Assembly (NCBI GenBank): GCA_052390495.1
Contig: JBQTGW010000240.1
Coordinates: 33,232-97,231, forward strand
Origin: Pseudonocardiales bacterium
GTDB lineage: Bacteria; Actinomycetota; Actinomycetes; Mycobacteriales; Pseudonocardiaceae
Direction: 5' to 3'
DNA: 64,000 nt
Below are positions 63,494-64,000 of the stretch, piece after piece; position 1 is the stretch's first letter; each line of letters begins with the position of its first letter. The position numbers and the translations under genes are program-made. Below the pieces are notes generated by a model. That model made no database searches and had not been told where the DNA came from. It was given only the letters and a program-made list of their open reading frames with translations.

Positions 63494-64000
63494 TCACGGG
63501 AGCTCCCCGTTCCACGGTGCATCACTTGACGTCATGAATACAACACAACCAGTGAACTTGACGTGGCCCTGCGCTATCAACCCGGTGCGATGCTCGGCTG
63601 GTGCAGCGGTGACGGTGGCGTTGACATGGGCGCAGGCTTCATCGGGTTCGCCTGTTGTCGCCATGCAGATAGCTCGGTCCAGCTGGATCAGGGCGGGGTC
63701 GAGGTATTCGTTGGGCCGGTAGAGCGCCAGAGCGCGGCGCTGGAACTCCTCGGCATCGGTGGTCATACCCAGCAAGGTGTAGGCGTTGCCCACTGTGAAA
63801 TAGAACTGCCGCGAAATAGAACTGCCGCGAAATAGAACTGCCGCTCGGTGTAGCCCAGTGCCGTATCCGCGGTTGCGCTCGCCGGTAGCCGGCCGAACAG
63901 TGTCTCGGCTCGAAGCAGCCGAGCGCGTGCCTCGTCCTGACGGTGCAGCTGCGCTAGAGAACGCGCCTCGACGACCAGGCCACGCACGAGCCACGGGGAC
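63494..64000 (-). pseudogene. C-terminal part of an HTH/TPR-type regulator paralogue, disrupted by a 16-bp tandem triplication; the 5' end is outside the window
   Basis: ORFs 63763..63987 (..LGYTERQFYF) and 63494..63994 (..QFYFTVGNAYTLLGMTTDAEEFQRRALALY..) share the repeat. With a single copy the reading frame would be continuous (GYTERQFYFTVGNAY). Confidence 0.6.
63797..63844. repeat. perfect 16-bp tandem repeat x3 (gaaatagaactgccgc)
   Basis: The copies are at 63797-63812, 63813-63828 and 63829-63844. Confidence 0.95.

Overview
High-GC (about 70% by eye) actinomycete chromosome segment; gene content and synteny resemble Pseudonocardiales/Mycobacteriales. The core blocks are a polar-amino-acid ABC transporter, an Sdh1-type succinate dehydrogenase, DUF3046-recA-recX with a LexA box and an intein inside recA, valine/leucine dehydrogenase, the large subunit of a split methylmalonyl-CoA mutase, punA plus a phosphomutase, an Rv3311-like gene plus adenosine deaminase, and a DD-carboxypeptidase. 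Between these lie decayed and accessory segments.

The most interesting region is a visibly lower-GC, single-strand, translationally coupled operon of 10 genes at about 32.2-40.4 kb. It encodes an ASCH/YqfB-like protein, a PD-(D/E)xK + AEP primase-polymerase-like protein, a BpsA/DUF43-like aminopropyltransferase, a HAM1(ITPase)-QueA fusion, an archaeal-type NMP kinase, an L7Ae-like protein, an AdoMetDC-like protein, an NDK with an insertion, a kinase-fold protein and a frameshifted PIMT-like methyltransferase. I propose it is an undescribed SAM-centred nucleotide or nucleic-acid hypermodification system, or a defence system.

Other accessory content:
- a 4-gene operon (2TM/toroid-repeat protein, EEP nuclease/phosphatase, cupin-like protein, Nudix) next to a dead IS66-family element;
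- three paralogous HTH/TPR regulator loci, two of them inactivated;
- a large secreted beta-helix protein;
- a single-module, fully reducing type I PKS with a C-methyltransferase domain, a type II thioesterase and two exporters;
- a nested perfect palindrome;
- several tandem repeats;
- suspicious poly-G tracts near the 3' end.

All product calls come from reading motifs in the supplied translations; no database search was run.
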